Shown: in pieces, positions 18,941-28,305 of the stretch
How the letters are laid out: each line of letters begins with the position of its first letter
Position numbering within the stretch: the first letter of the stretch is position 1
Origin: Candidatus Parcubacteria bacterium
Lineage (GTDB): Bacteria; Patescibacteriota; Minisyncoccia; UBA6257; HR35
Direction: 5' to 3'
Length of the DNA stretch: 64,000 bases
NCBI GenBank assembly: GCA_026004535.1
Contig: BPJI01000001.1
Coordinates: 431,424 to 495,423, forward strand
Translations under genes and position numbers: made by a program
Notes under the pieces: model-generated
The model's input: only the letters and a program-made list of their open reading frames with translations
The model's database searches: none
Told to the model about the DNA's origin: nothing

Positions 18941-19765
18941 TCAGTAAATATCTTCTAGTTCTTCTTTCAAAACAATTGTTGGATTTTCGACTGCTTGATT
19001 TAGATTATCAATAATATTTCTGAATAAATCATCAAATTCTGTTGGTAGTCTTTTTCGTTTATAAGGATTTGCATAAGAAATAATTTGTTGATAAACATAA
19101 GGATGCCATTTGCCTAAATCTTTTAATTTTTGAGCAATCTCTTTAACTAAAGCATTAGCTTCTAAAACTTTCTCTGCTCGGGCTTCTCTAATTTTTAAAG
19201 CTTCGGGTAATTTTTCGTCCAAAAAGAAATCGCATTTTTTCAAAATTGGCTCGAAAGAACTACCTGCCAGTTTTTCTTGTTTTTCATAACTAATTCCTAA
19301 AGTTACATAATAAGCTTGCTCAATTGAATCAACCAGCTCAGGATCTGATTCTAACATTTCTGAATTAGATTGTAAGTATTGACGATAAATAGCAATAGCT
19401 ACGTGAGATTTTTCGCGAATATTTAATTCTTTCTCAATATTAAAGTTCATCATTAATTGAGCTAATCTTTGAGGGACAACAATTGCTGGAATTTCTCTGA
19501 TGCCAAGTTCTTTAGCTGCTAAATATCTGTGCTGACCATCAATAATAGTATAAGTGTCATTATTTTGGACAACAACGACCGGAACAATAAAACCAATTCT
19601 TTCAATTGAATTAGACAAATGTTTAACGTGATAAGAACTTGGTTTTCTTTGATGAGAAATAACTGATAACTTATCAATGGGAATTAATTTAAATTTTAAA
19701 TTTTGATGATGATAGGGATCAGCAAACTCTATCTCTGGTTGTAATTTGGTTTTTCTTGGAGCCAT
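18941..19765 (-). CDS. ParB-like nuclease domain protein
   Basis: The IIDGQHRYLAAKELGIREIPAIVV ParB/Srx N-terminal domain motif. Confidence 0.6.
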   Translation of the reverse strand: MAPRKTKLQPEIEFADPYHHQNLKFKLIPIDKLSVISHQRKPSSYHVKHLSNSIERIGFIVPVVVVQNNDTYTIIDGQHRYLAAKELGIREIPAIVVPQRLAQLMMNFNIEKELNIREKSHVAIAIYRQYLQSNSEMLESDPELVDSIEQAYYVTLGISYEKQEKLAGSSFEPILKKCDFFLDEKLPEALKIREARAEKVLEANALVKEIAQKLKDLGKWHPYVYQQIISYANPYKRKRLPTEFDDLFRNIIDNLNQAVENPTIVLKEELEDIY

Positions 19766-19774
19766 TTTATTATA

Positions 19775-19895
19775 TATTAACCGGATAAGTTACCCGGATT
19801 ATAACTGGATATAACTACCCGGCTTTTTACCGAATTCATTATGACAAAATAATCTAGGTGACTATCCGAGTAATCTATCCGGTAAGTTATCCGGG
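19775..19895. repeat. ccggat-word repeat element
   Basis: aaccggataagttacccggatt..., then inverted tatccgagtaa / atccggtaa / atccgggcaa words. Confidence 0.75.
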
Positions 19896-19942
19896 CAAAT
19901 AGATATCAGCAGCCATCCAACTAATTTATAATTATATTATAA

Positions 19943-21613
19943 ATGGATTTTGAAAATTTTAAAAATAAATTAATCTCGTATAATAATTATGGTCCAGAAG
20001 ATTTAATTTTAATTGAAAGAGCCTTTTATTTTGGCGAAAAAATTTATCAAGGAATTAAAAGAAAAAACGGAGAGCCCTATTTAAATCATTGTTTAAGAAC
20101 CGCTTTGAACCTGGCTGAACTGAAATTATCTAAAGAAATGATCATTGCTGGCATTTTGCATGATGCTTTAAAAGATGGCAATTGTAATGAGGAGAAATTA
20201 AAAACAGAGTTTGGCGAGGAGATTACTTTTTTAGTTAAAGGAGTAAATAAAATAGGTTCTTATCGTTATCAAGAAAAAAACTTAATTCAGGCTGAAAATT
20301 TAAGGAATCTAATTTTAGCTATTATTAAAGATCCAAGAATTGTTGTTATTAAACTTGCTGATCGTTTAGATAATATGAGAACCTTAGAATTTCTATCTGA
20401 TGAAAAAAGAAAAAGAATCTCTCTTGAAACAGCTGATATTTATGCCCCATTAGCTTTAAGACTAGGCATTAACAATTGGGCAGGTGAGCTTGATGATTTA
20501 GCTTTAAAATTTTTAGATCCAGAAAATTATAATGCTCTTAAATTAGAAATTGAAAAAAGAGTTGCTGATGGAAAAAGTTATTTAGAAAAATTAAAGACGT
20601 CTATTGAACGAGAACTTAAAAATAAGAATATTAATTTAATTAAGATCGACTATCGAGTTAAAAGAATCTCAAGTGTTTACAAAAAATTGCCTCGAAAAAA
20701 TTTTGATCTTGATCAAATCTACGATCTCTTAGCTTTTAGAATTATCGTTAATTCGGTTGAAAATTGTTATTTAGCTTTAGGAGTAATTCATTCTTTGTTT
20801 AAACCACTGATGCATGAATTTGATGATTATATCGCCTTTCCTAAACCTAATGGTTATCGTTCTTTACATACAACAGTTATTACGGAAGAAAATAAATATA
20901 TTGAATTTCAAATACGCACAGAAGAAATGCATCTTTTTAATGAATACGGATTGGCTGCCTATTTAGCTTACGCTAAAGCTAAACAAACAAAAATATATCA
21001 AAAAAACAAGACTGTTTTTGCTGACGAGAAAGAATTAAAAATAATTAATAATTTAAAAAACTGGCAAGAAAATTTTCAAGAAATTTTTTCTGAAAAGATT
21101 TATGTTTTAACTCCTAAAGGTGACGTTATCGAGCTTCCTGCTGGCAGTACGCCTTTAGATTTTGCTTATAAAATTCATACAGATTTAGGTAATCATTTTG
21201 TTGGTGCTCGAGTTAATCAAAAAATTGTTCCAATCAATTATAAGCTTCAAAATGGAGATGTTATTGAAATAATCGTTAATAAAAATAGGAAACCATCTCC
21301 TGATTGGTTATCAATTGTTAAATCGGCTAATGCTAGAAAGAAAATCAAGGCTGAAGTTAAAAAAGAAAACATAATCTTTGTTCCTAAAATAATCCAACCA
21401 ATAAAAATTATTGCTCAAGATCGAATTGGTATTTTAAAGGATATTACTAATTTAATTTCCTCAAAAGGTATTAACATTATTGGTAGTAAAAATAAATCTA
21501 AAAAGGGATTGGTTTATATTTATTTCGATGTTCAGGTTAATGAAAAAAAAGAAATTATCGCTTTAAAAGATTTAATTAAAAATAAAATTAAAGAAGTGGT
21601 TGAGGTAGAATAA
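19943..21613 (+). CDS. RelA/SpoT-family (p)ppGpp synthetase/hydrolase
   Basis: 556 aa with HD domain (HDALKDG), RelA_SpoT synthetase domain, TGS domain (YVLTPKGDVIELPAGSTPLDFAY) and a C-terminal ACT-like domain. Confidence 0.85.
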   Translation: MDFENFKNKLISYNNYGPEDLILIERAFYFGEKIYQGIKRKNGEPYLNHCLRTALNLAELKLSKEMIIAGILHDALKDGNCNEEKLKTEFGEEITFLVKGVNKIGSYRYQEKNLIQAENLRNLILAIIKDPRIVVIKLADRLDNMRTLEFLSDEKRKRISLETADIYAPLALRLGINNWAGELDDLALKFLDPENYNALKLEIEKRVADGKSYLEKLKTSIERELKNKNINLIKIDYRVKRISSVYKKLPRKNFDLDQIYDLLAFRIIVNSVENCYLALGVIHSLFKPLMHEFDDYIAFPKPNGYRSLHTTVITEENKYIEFQIRTEEMHLFNEYGLAAYLAYAKAKQTKIYQKNKTVFADEKELKIINNLKNWQENFQEIFSEKIYVLTPKGDVIELPAGSTPLDFAYKIHTDLGNHFVGARVNQKIVPINYKLQNGDVIEIIVNKNRKPSPDWLSIVKSANARKKIKAEVKKENIIFVPKIIQPIKIIAQDRIGILKDITNLISSKGINIIGSKNKSKKGLVYIYFDVQVNEKKEIIALKDLIKNKIKEVVEVE

Positions 21614-23689
21614 TTAACGAATTGTTATTCCATATCTACTTTTTAAATTTTCTTCAATTTTCCGCATTTCTAAGTTAACATCTTCATCAGTTAAACTTCG
21701 TTGGGGGTGGAAAAAAATAAACCTGATTGTCATTGATTTTAAATTTGAAACCTCAGAATTTTGAGGAAAATAAACGTCAATTAATTTTATTTCCTGAAGA
21801 TAATTTATTTTTAATCTCTCAATTTCCATCTTTAATTGACTAAATTTAATTTTTTCATCAATAAAGAATGATAGATCTCTGATAATTTGAGGAAAAATTG
21901 GCCAAGGATGAAAAACTTTTTTCATCACAGATCTTTTTTTTAATGTATTTGTATCTAATTCAATTACACCAACATTTAAATCAATGTCCAGTTCGCTTAA
22001 AATTTTTTTCTTAATTAAACCCAAAATGCCGACATTATCAATTTTTATTCCTGCGGTTAAAAATTCGTTTTTAATTTCTTCTAATTTCAAATTCAAGCAT
22101 AATTCTGAAGCAATAAAATTTAAAACACCCTTTAATTCCTTTAAAATTTCTTCGGGTGTTAATTTACTGGCATAAACGATTCCCAAATGATATTTCTCAA
22201 CCACGGATTCACGCGGATTTAAAACGGATTTGCGCGGATTATATTGAGCCACGGATTCACGCGGATTTACACTGATCTCTTTATAAGCTACTTTACTTAT
22301 TTCAAAAATTTTGATTTCCTTAAAATTAAATTGATTAAGATAAACAGATTTTAATAAATTAGGAATTAAACTCGATTGAAAATATTTATAATTTTCACTA
22401 ATTGGATTTAAAACCTCGACCACGGATTTTCGCGGATTTAAAATATCAACCACGGATTCACGTGGATTTTCTATACGCATAACATCATTTAATCTATATA
22501 ATCCTTGCAGTTCTTTCTCTCCATAAAAACTATAATTATGACCTTCATCATAACCAGCTTTGGTTAATATTTTTCTTAAAAAATTATTAAAAACAATATC
22601 TTCTTCAATGAAAATTTCTCTTAAGGGTGATTCATAAATTGGTTTAATTTTATTTAAATCATATATCCTTATAATTTCTTCAACAATATCTGTTTCCGTT
22701 TGTAAATCTAATCTCTCCAAAGGTACAATTAATTGATCATTTTTAATTTTGATGCCTAATTTTTTAAAAATTTTCAAAATTTCTTTTTTATTAATTTCTA
22801 AACCGGTGATTTTTTTAACTTTGTCAAAATTAAATTTTATTTTAGTCTCCCTTAATTTTTTCTCTCCAAAAATTTTTCTTAAAACATCTCCGCCTAAATT
22901 TCTATTAATTAAATAAGAAACCCTATTTAAGGCTTGCAAAGCTCTTATTGGCGCTACTTTTCTTTCAAAACGAAAACTTGCTTCTGTTTTCAAATTTAAC
23001 TTTCTTGAAGTTTGATAAATTTTAGTCGGGTCAAAAACTGCCGCTTCAATAAAAATATTTTTTGTTTTTAAATCAATTTCTGCTGTTTTGCTTCCTTTAA
23101 TTCCAGCTAAACCTAAAATTTTTTCTTTATCAGCAATAACAATTTCATCACCTTGAAGCTCATATTCTTTCCCCTCTAAAGAAATAAATTTTTCTCCTTT
23201 TTTAGCTAAACGAACATAGATATTGCCTTTAATTTTGTCCAAATCAAAAATATGAAGTGGTGCCCCATATTCAATCATCACAAAATTAGATAAATCAACT
23301 AAAAAGTTAATTGAATTAAAACCGTAAAATTCAACAAATTCTTTTAACCAACCCGGAGAAGGTTTATTTTCAACATTTAAAATTATTCTGCCAAAATAAT
23401 AAGGCGCTAATTTTGAATTAACAATCACTTTGAAGTTTAAACTTTTTGCTTTAGATTGTAGATTGTTAATTTTTAATTCTTTTGAGATTAAATTTTTTAT
23501 TATTGCTACTTCTTTAGCTAAACCAATTAAACTCGCTGCATCAGGATAACGATTAGGCAAAATATCAACCTCTAAAATTCCATCATTATAAACAGTCTCG
23601 AAACTTTTCATTGTCAATTCACTAGCAATTTTTTCCCAGTCTAATTTTTTATTTAAATATTTTTCTAAATCTTTTATTCTAAATTTCAT
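21614..23689 (-). CDS. pheT: phenylalanine--tRNA ligase beta subunit, carrying in-frame cacggat repeat insertions
   Basis: B3/B4, B5 and C-terminal FDX-ACB domains. NPRESVV..NPRKSVV peptide repeats are encoded by cggatt word arrays at 22196-22270 and 22425-22478. Confidence 0.8.
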   Translation of the reverse strand: MKFRIKDLEKYLNKKLDWEKIASELTMKSFETVYNDGILEVDILPNRYPDAASLIGLAKEVAIIKNLISKELKINNLQSKAKSLNFKVIVNSKLAPYYFGRIILNVENKPSPGWLKEFVEFYGFNSINFLVDLSNFVMIEYGAPLHIFDLDKIKGNIYVRLAKKGEKFISLEGKEYELQGDEIVIADKEKILGLAGIKGSKTAEIDLKTKNIFIEAAVFDPTKIYQTSRKLNLKTEASFRFERKVAPIRALQALNRVSYLINRNLGGDVLRKIFGEKKLRETKIKFNFDKVKKITGLEINKKEILKIFKKLGIKIKNDQLIVPLERLDLQTETDIVEEIIRIYDLNKIKPIYESPLREIFIEEDIVFNNFLRKILTKAGYDEGHNYSFYGEKELQGLYRLNDVMRIENPRESVVDILNPRKSVVEVLNPISENYKYFQSSLIPNLLKSVYLNQFNFKEIKIFEISKVAYKEISVNPRESVAQYNPRKSVLNPRESVVEKYHLGIVYASKLTPEEILKELKGVLNFIASELCLNLKLEEIKNEFLTAGIKIDNVGILGLIKKKILSELDIDLNVGVIELDTNTLKKRSVMKKVFHPWPIFPQIIRDLSFFIDEKIKFSQLKMEIERLKINYLQEIKLIDVYFPQNSEVSNLKSMTIRFIFFHPQRSLTDEDVNLEMRKIEENLKSRYGITIR

Positions 23690-23700
23690 TGTTATGTATT

Positions 23701-23800
23701 ACCCGGATAACCAACCGGATTATTTTACCCGGATGATTACCGGATAAATCCGGTTTATATCCAGGTAGTATTATCCGGTTAATATCCGGGTAAAAATATT
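23701..23800. repeat. ccggat-word repeat element
   Basis: acccggataaccaaccggatt..., then atccaggta / atccggtta / atccgggtaa. Confidence 0.75.
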
Positions 23801-23823
23801 TTCTGCTGCTGTCTAAGGTATTA

Positions 23824-24831
23824 TTAAAATTGTCTTATAAATCTCAAATCTGAAGAATGTAAAATTCTAATGTCATCAATACCATGCTCTAACATTATTA
23901 ACCTATCAACACCAAAACCAAAGGCATAGCCTTGATATTTCTTATAATCAATCCCAGCTGACTTTAAGACAAAATCATGAACCATGCCAGCACCAGCGAC
24001 TTCAATAAAACCAGTTTTTTTACAAATTATACATCCTCTTTGTTTACAAAAAATACAACCAATGTCAATTTCTAATCCAGGTTCAACAAAAGGAAAATAT
24101 CCTGGTCTAAATCGAACAGGTAAATTTTCTTTAAAAAATCTTTCAAAAAATTTCTCAACCACATATTTTAAATGACCTAAATTGCTATTTTCGCTAATTG
24201 AAATTCCGTCAAGTTGATAAAATTCAAAATCATGGGTTTTGTCAATTGCTTCGTAACGAAAAACTTTACCAGCAATTATTGCTCTTATCGGAACTCCATA
24301 TTTCTTTAAAACAGGAACTTGAAAACAAGAAGTATGAGTTCTAAATAATAATTCTCTATTTTTTACCCATAAAGTGTCCCAAAGATCCCTGGCTGGATGA
24401 TGCGGAGGAATGTTTAAGTAATCAAAGTTTTCTTTTTCATCAACGATTTGAGCATAATCAACGACACTAAAACCTAACTGAATAAAAATATCAAAAATTT
24501 TATTAATTGTTTGGGAAATCAAATGTTCTTTACCAACTTTAATTTCTCTACCCGGATGTTCAAAATCAAATTTAATATTAGTCTCTAGTAAAAATTCTTT
24601 TTTTTGCCGATAAAGATTTTCAATTTTTCTTTTAAGTTCGTTATAAAGACTGCCAATTTTTCTTTTTTCTTCAATTTCTAATTTTTTTATTAATGATGGA
24701 AAATTAGCTAAATAACTTTTTCGACCTAAATATTTTATTAACAAATTTTCCAATTCACTTAAACTCTTAACACTAGTAAATTCTTTTTCTGCTTCTTGCC
24801 AAATTTTATTTAAAGTTTCTTCAAGAGACAT
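23824..24831 (-). CDS. pheS: phenylalanine--tRNA ligase alpha subunit
   Basis: Class II aaRS motifs, including FRPGYFPFVEPGLEID. Confidence 0.9.
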   Translation of the reverse strand: MSLEETLNKIWQEAEKEFTSVKSLSELENLLIKYLGRKSYLANFPSLIKKLEIEEKRKIGSLYNELKRKIENLYRQKKEFLLETNIKFDFEHPGREIKVGKEHLISQTINKIFDIFIQLGFSVVDYAQIVDEKENFDYLNIPPHHPARDLWDTLWVKNRELLFRTHTSCFQVPVLKKYGVPIRAIIAGKVFRYEAIDKTHDFEFYQLDGISISENSNLGHLKYVVEKFFERFFKENLPVRFRPGYFPFVEPGLEIDIGCIFCKQRGCIICKKTGFIEVAGAGMVHDFVLKSAGIDYKKYQGYAFGFGVDRLIMLEHGIDDIRILHSSDLRFIRQF

Positions 24832-25087
24832 TGCTTTCTATCTGTAAAATCACCTCGCCTTGTCCAATTTTTTTAACTAATTCTTGTTCAGAAAAATTTG
24901 CTGGACTAAAAATAACCAAAATGTTTACTTCAGGATAATAATCAAATTTTTCCAAAACAAATTCCTCTAAAATTTTTTCTCCAAACTCAGGCTTATTATT
25001 TTTAATTTCGTAATTTCTAACTAAAACCCTGACTTTATCTCCTGGTTTAATTTTGGTCTCTTCAGTTTGAAATACGAAATATCTCAT
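24821..25087 (-). CDS. hypothetical protein
   Basis: 88-aa ORF, operonic with its neighbours. Confidence 0.3.
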   Translation of the reverse strand: MRYFVFQTEETKIKPGDKVRVLVRNYEIKNNKPEFGEKILEEFVLEKFDYYPEVNILVIFSPANFSEQELVKKIGQGEVILQIESNVS

Positions 25088-25989
25088 TTGAAATTGGGGA
25101 CAACCATAAAAACATTTGACTGATAAACCCTTTGCCCTATTGCTTTTTTAAGTAAATTTTTAAGATTATCAAAGGCATCAGTTATAGCTTCTAAAATAGC
25201 CAAATCTCTATCTATGGACATTATTGTCGGACCAACTTTATGTGGTACACCAAATCCCCTTAATATTAATGATTCATGAGTTTCTAAGTCTTTTATCTCA
25301 ATCTCTACTGTAGCAAAGGCATTCAATCTAAGTGACAATCTGTCTAAAATTTCATATATAATATCTCGTCTTGATCCTCTTTTCTCAGCTTCTCTTAAAA
25401 TAATATCTCTTAAAAATTCGATCATTATATTCCTTCGCTCCTCTGTCTCCACTTTAACAAAAACTTTTGAAATCTCATATTTTTTTCCTTCCAGTCTTCT
25501 TAATGCATCCACATCAGGTATCCATTTCGTTTTGGCTGTCTCAATAAAAAGATCTTGAACCTTGTTTCTAACAAATTGTTCGAAATTATGTCTACTCGGA
25601 ACATTGATTGTTAAAGCATAAAACCAAGAAATTCCTATTGGCTTTTCTGGAACTAAAAATTTTCCTATCATTTCTATATTATTAAATTTCTCAGTAAGTT
25701 CTCTAACATCAATTTGAAATTGAGCAATTTCTTTAGTTTGTTGAACATAAGAAGTTGAAGCAATTAATTCAACTAATTCTTTTTGGGATTGTGCAATTGT
25801 TAATTCGATTTCTGTTGGTGGTTTAAGCGCTTTCATTACTTCTTCGTTGAAATTTCGAGAATCTGCAGGTTTTTGAGCTAAACTTAAAAATAAAAATGGC
25901 ACTAAGGCATTGGCTACCTCTCCTCTGAATCTAACCAATTTATTTATTACTCCTCTTGCCGCTTCTTTTTCAGTAACTTTTTCAACCAT
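25084..25989 (-). CDS. hypothetical protein
   Basis: 301-aa ORF at coding density typical of the window. No family recognised. Confidence 0.4.
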   Translation of the reverse strand: MVEKVTEKEAARGVINKLVRFRGEVANALVPFLFLSLAQKPADSRNFNEEVMKALKPPTEIELTIAQSQKELVELIASTSYVQQTKEIAQFQIDVRELTEKFNNIEMIGKFLVPEKPIGISWFYALTINVPSRHNFEQFVRNKVQDLFIETAKTKWIPDVDALRRLEGKKYEISKVFVKVETEERRNIMIEFLRDIILREAEKRGSRRDIIYEILDRLSLRLNAFATVEIEIKDLETHESLILRGFGVPHKVGPTIMSIDRDLAILEAITDAFDNLKNLLKKAIGQRVYQSNVFMVVPNFK

Positions 25990-25998
25990 ATTTTAATT

Positions 25999-26634
25999 TT
26001 ACACTACCTTTGTTAAGGGACAATTTTGATGATTATGCTTTTTGGCTGGACAATATTCTCTTCCATATTGAATCAATCTTAAGGGAAAATCGCGCCATTC
26101 TGGACCTTTGGGTATTATTTCCATTAAATCTTTTTCTATTTTTTCTGGCTTAGTTTCATTAGTTAAACCTAAAATTTTTGTTAATCTTTTTACATGAGTA
26201 TCAACAACAATCCCTTCATATTTATTATAAGCAATAGATAAAACTACATTAGCAGTTTTTCGAGCTACACCTCTAAGCTGAAGAAGTTCTGCCATTGTTT
26301 TTGGCACTTCACCTCCAAATTTTTCTTTAATTATCTTGGCATTTTCTAAAATAAACTTTGCTTTGTTTTTATAATAATTAACTCCTTTAATATCCTGTTG
26401 GAATTCTTTCAAGTTAGCTTTAGCATAATCATCAATTGTTTTATATTTTTTAAAAAGCTTTGCTGTTATTTCGTTTACTTTTTTGTCAGTTGTTTGAGCA
26501 GATAAAATTGCCGCCACTAAAAGTTCCCAGGGATTAGAAAAATTTAAAGCAATCCTTGCTTGAGGATAAATTTTTTTTAATTCTTTATTAATTTTTTCAA
26601 AAATTTTTTTTCTTTTCTGAATATCGTTTGCCAT
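25999..26634 (-). CDS. nth: endonuclease III-like DNA glycosylase (HhH-GPD family)
   Basis: HhH motif LLQLRGVARKTANVV and a GPD region. The C-terminal Cys cluster is only partial. Confidence 0.7.
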   Translation of the reverse strand: MANDIQKRKKIFEKINKELKKIYPQARIALNFSNPWELLVAAILSAQTTDKKVNEITAKLFKKYKTIDDYAKANLKEFQQDIKGVNYYKNKAKFILENAKIIKEKFGGEVPKTMAELLQLRGVARKTANVVLSIAYNKYEGIVVDTHVKRLTKILGLTNETKPEKIEKDLMEIIPKGPEWRDFPLRLIQYGREYCPAKKHNHQNCPLTKVV

Positions 26635-26640
26635 ATTTAA

Positions 26641-26780
26641 AATACTACCCGGATGATTACCTGATAAAAATATCTACCTGGATAAATACCGGATTATTTT
26701 ACCCGAATGCTTACCAGATAAATCCGGTTTGAATCCGGGTAACTATATCCGGCTAATATCAGGGTAACTAGTTTCTTTAT
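26641..26780. repeat. ccggat-word repeat element
   Basis: tacccggatgattacctgataaaa..., then atccggtt / atccgggtaa words. Confidence 0.75.
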
Positions 26781-27152
26781 CTATTTAATACCCGGCGATG
26801 ACACAATCAACACCCAACTTTTTTTAACTAAATCTGCTTCTTCTAAAATGGGGTCAATAACTCTTGAAACCTTGGCACAGTCTTCGATATTTACTCCTCC
26901 TTCTTTATCAATTTTAATTATTAAAGCAAATCTACCATTTTCACTACCGAATTGAATATCAAACAATTTATAACCCATATCCTCGATTACTTCTTCAATC
27001 AATTCTCTGACTTTTTCTTTTAGGTCCATTAGATAAGCCCGCTGACAGCTGAAGAAAATTTTTTCAGGGCGATGATAGCTGCGACATTTATCATATACAG
27101 CCGACAGCTGCTGAAATTTTTCAACCGCGGGCAGCTGCAGATATATATTCAT
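26781..27152 (-). CDS. rimP: ribosome maturation factor RimP, N-domain only; the ORF's first ~40 codons are a cagctgc repeat element
   Basis: MDLKEKVRELIEEVIEDMGYKLFDIQF...VLIVSSPGI matches the RimP N-terminal domain. The upstream in-frame extension (27030-27152) lies inside the cagctgc array. The usual C-terminal domain is absent. Confidence 0.55.
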   Translation of the reverse strand: MNIYLQLPAVEKFQQLSAVYDKCRSYHRPEKIFFSCQRAYLMDLKEKVRELIEEVIEDMGYKLFDIQFGSENGRFALIIKIDKEGGVNIEDCAKVSRVIDPILEEADLVKKSWVLIVSSPGIK

Positions 27153-27535
27153 TAGGCAGACAGCAGCGGAAAATCTTAAAACGCAGACAGCTGCGGAAAT
27201 GCTTTAACTACCCGGATGGTCTATCGGATATAATTACCCGGATAGCTTATCGGATAATGTTTATCCAGATGAATACCGGATTATTTTATCCGGATGATTA
27301 CCGGATATTTATCTAACCGGATAACTTACCGGATATAGTTACCCGGATAAACTAACGGATATAATTACCCGGATTAATAACCGGATAAAAATACTCTATA
27401 TATCATCCGGTCTATATCCGGGTAGTTCTATCCGGTTCATAGCCGGGTAGTATTATACGATTATAATCCGGGCAGAAAATATTTTCAGCTGCTGTCTGCG
27501 GTAAATACTCTGACCACTGCTGTCCATATTAATAA
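27040..27535. repeat. composite repeat hotspot: cagctgc block, ccggat direct+inverted block, ctgctgtc block
   Basis: 27040-27200 holds gacagctg / cagctgc words. 27205-27480 holds ccggat and atccgg words. 27481-27535 holds cagctgctgtctgcg. Confidence 0.8.
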
Positions 27536-27556
27536 TTTTACTATAATTATAATATA

Positions 27557-28171
27557 ATGAAAAAATCAGCGGGAATTTTAATTTATAGAATAAAGCGGAA
27601 TCACACAGAACCAACACATAACTTACAGAAAAATTATGTCAATTCCGCGTCCGTTCTACATAGCTCAGCGTCTAAAAATAATTCAACGAGCTCAGCGTCG
27701 GTTCTGCGTAATTCTGCGGAAATAGAAGTTCTTTTAGTTCATCCTGGTGGACCATTTTATAAAAATAAAGATCTTTGGGATATACCAAAAGGTGAAATAG
27801 AAGAAAACGAAGAACCACTTCAGGCAGCCGTAAGAGAATTCAAAGAAGAAACGGGCTTGGTTTTTTCTTCCGATGATTTAAATAAAATTATTTTCTTTGA
27901 CAAATTTTTAAGACATACTGATAAAAAAACTATCTATATCTTTCTAATTGAAAAAAATTTTGGAAATAATTTAGTACCGAAAAGCAATTTTATCGAAATA
28001 GAATTTCCAGCTAAAAGTAAAAGATTTATAAAAATACCGGAAATTGATAAAATGGATTATTTTAATCTAAAAGAAGCTAAAGAAAAAGTTTTTCCCTGGT
28101 TAAAAGAATTGTTAGAAAAGTTTGAAAAATTTATTAATCAAGTTGATTTTGATCAAAAAATAAAAAATTAA
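27557..28171 (+). CDS. NUDIX hydrolase with an in-frame cagaac/gttctgcg repeat insertion near the N-terminus
   Basis: Nudix box GEIEENEEPLQAAVREFKEETG. The insert at 27597-27730 encodes NHTEPTHNLQKN...SASVLHSSAS..SASVLRNSAE. Confidence 0.75.
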   Translation: MKKSAGILIYRIKRNHTEPTHNLQKNYVNSASVLHSSASKNNSTSSASVLRNSAEIEVLLVHPGGPFYKNKDLWDIPKGEIEENEEPLQAAVREFKEETGLVFSSDDLNKIIFFDKFLRHTDKKTIYIFLIEKNFGNNLVPKSNFIEIEFPAKSKRFIKIPEIDKMDYFNLKEAKEKVFPWLKELLEKFEKFINQVDFDQKIKN

Positions 28172-28305
28172 AATTGTTAGTTAAAAAGTAAAAAAAATAA
28201 ATCTAGAAAAAGAATTTAATATTTATTTTTTAATTAAAAGATATTTAATTTTGCATAATAAATAATTCTAGTTTCTGAATTAAAATTATTCTACTTTTAT
28301 TAATT

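Noticed and set aside
19943-21613. A toxin-type small alarmone synthetase instead of a housekeeping Rel.
   Set aside because: HD hydrolase, synthetase, TGS and ACT-like regions are all present in the canonical long-RSH order, only shortened. No adjacent antitoxin-like gene is present.
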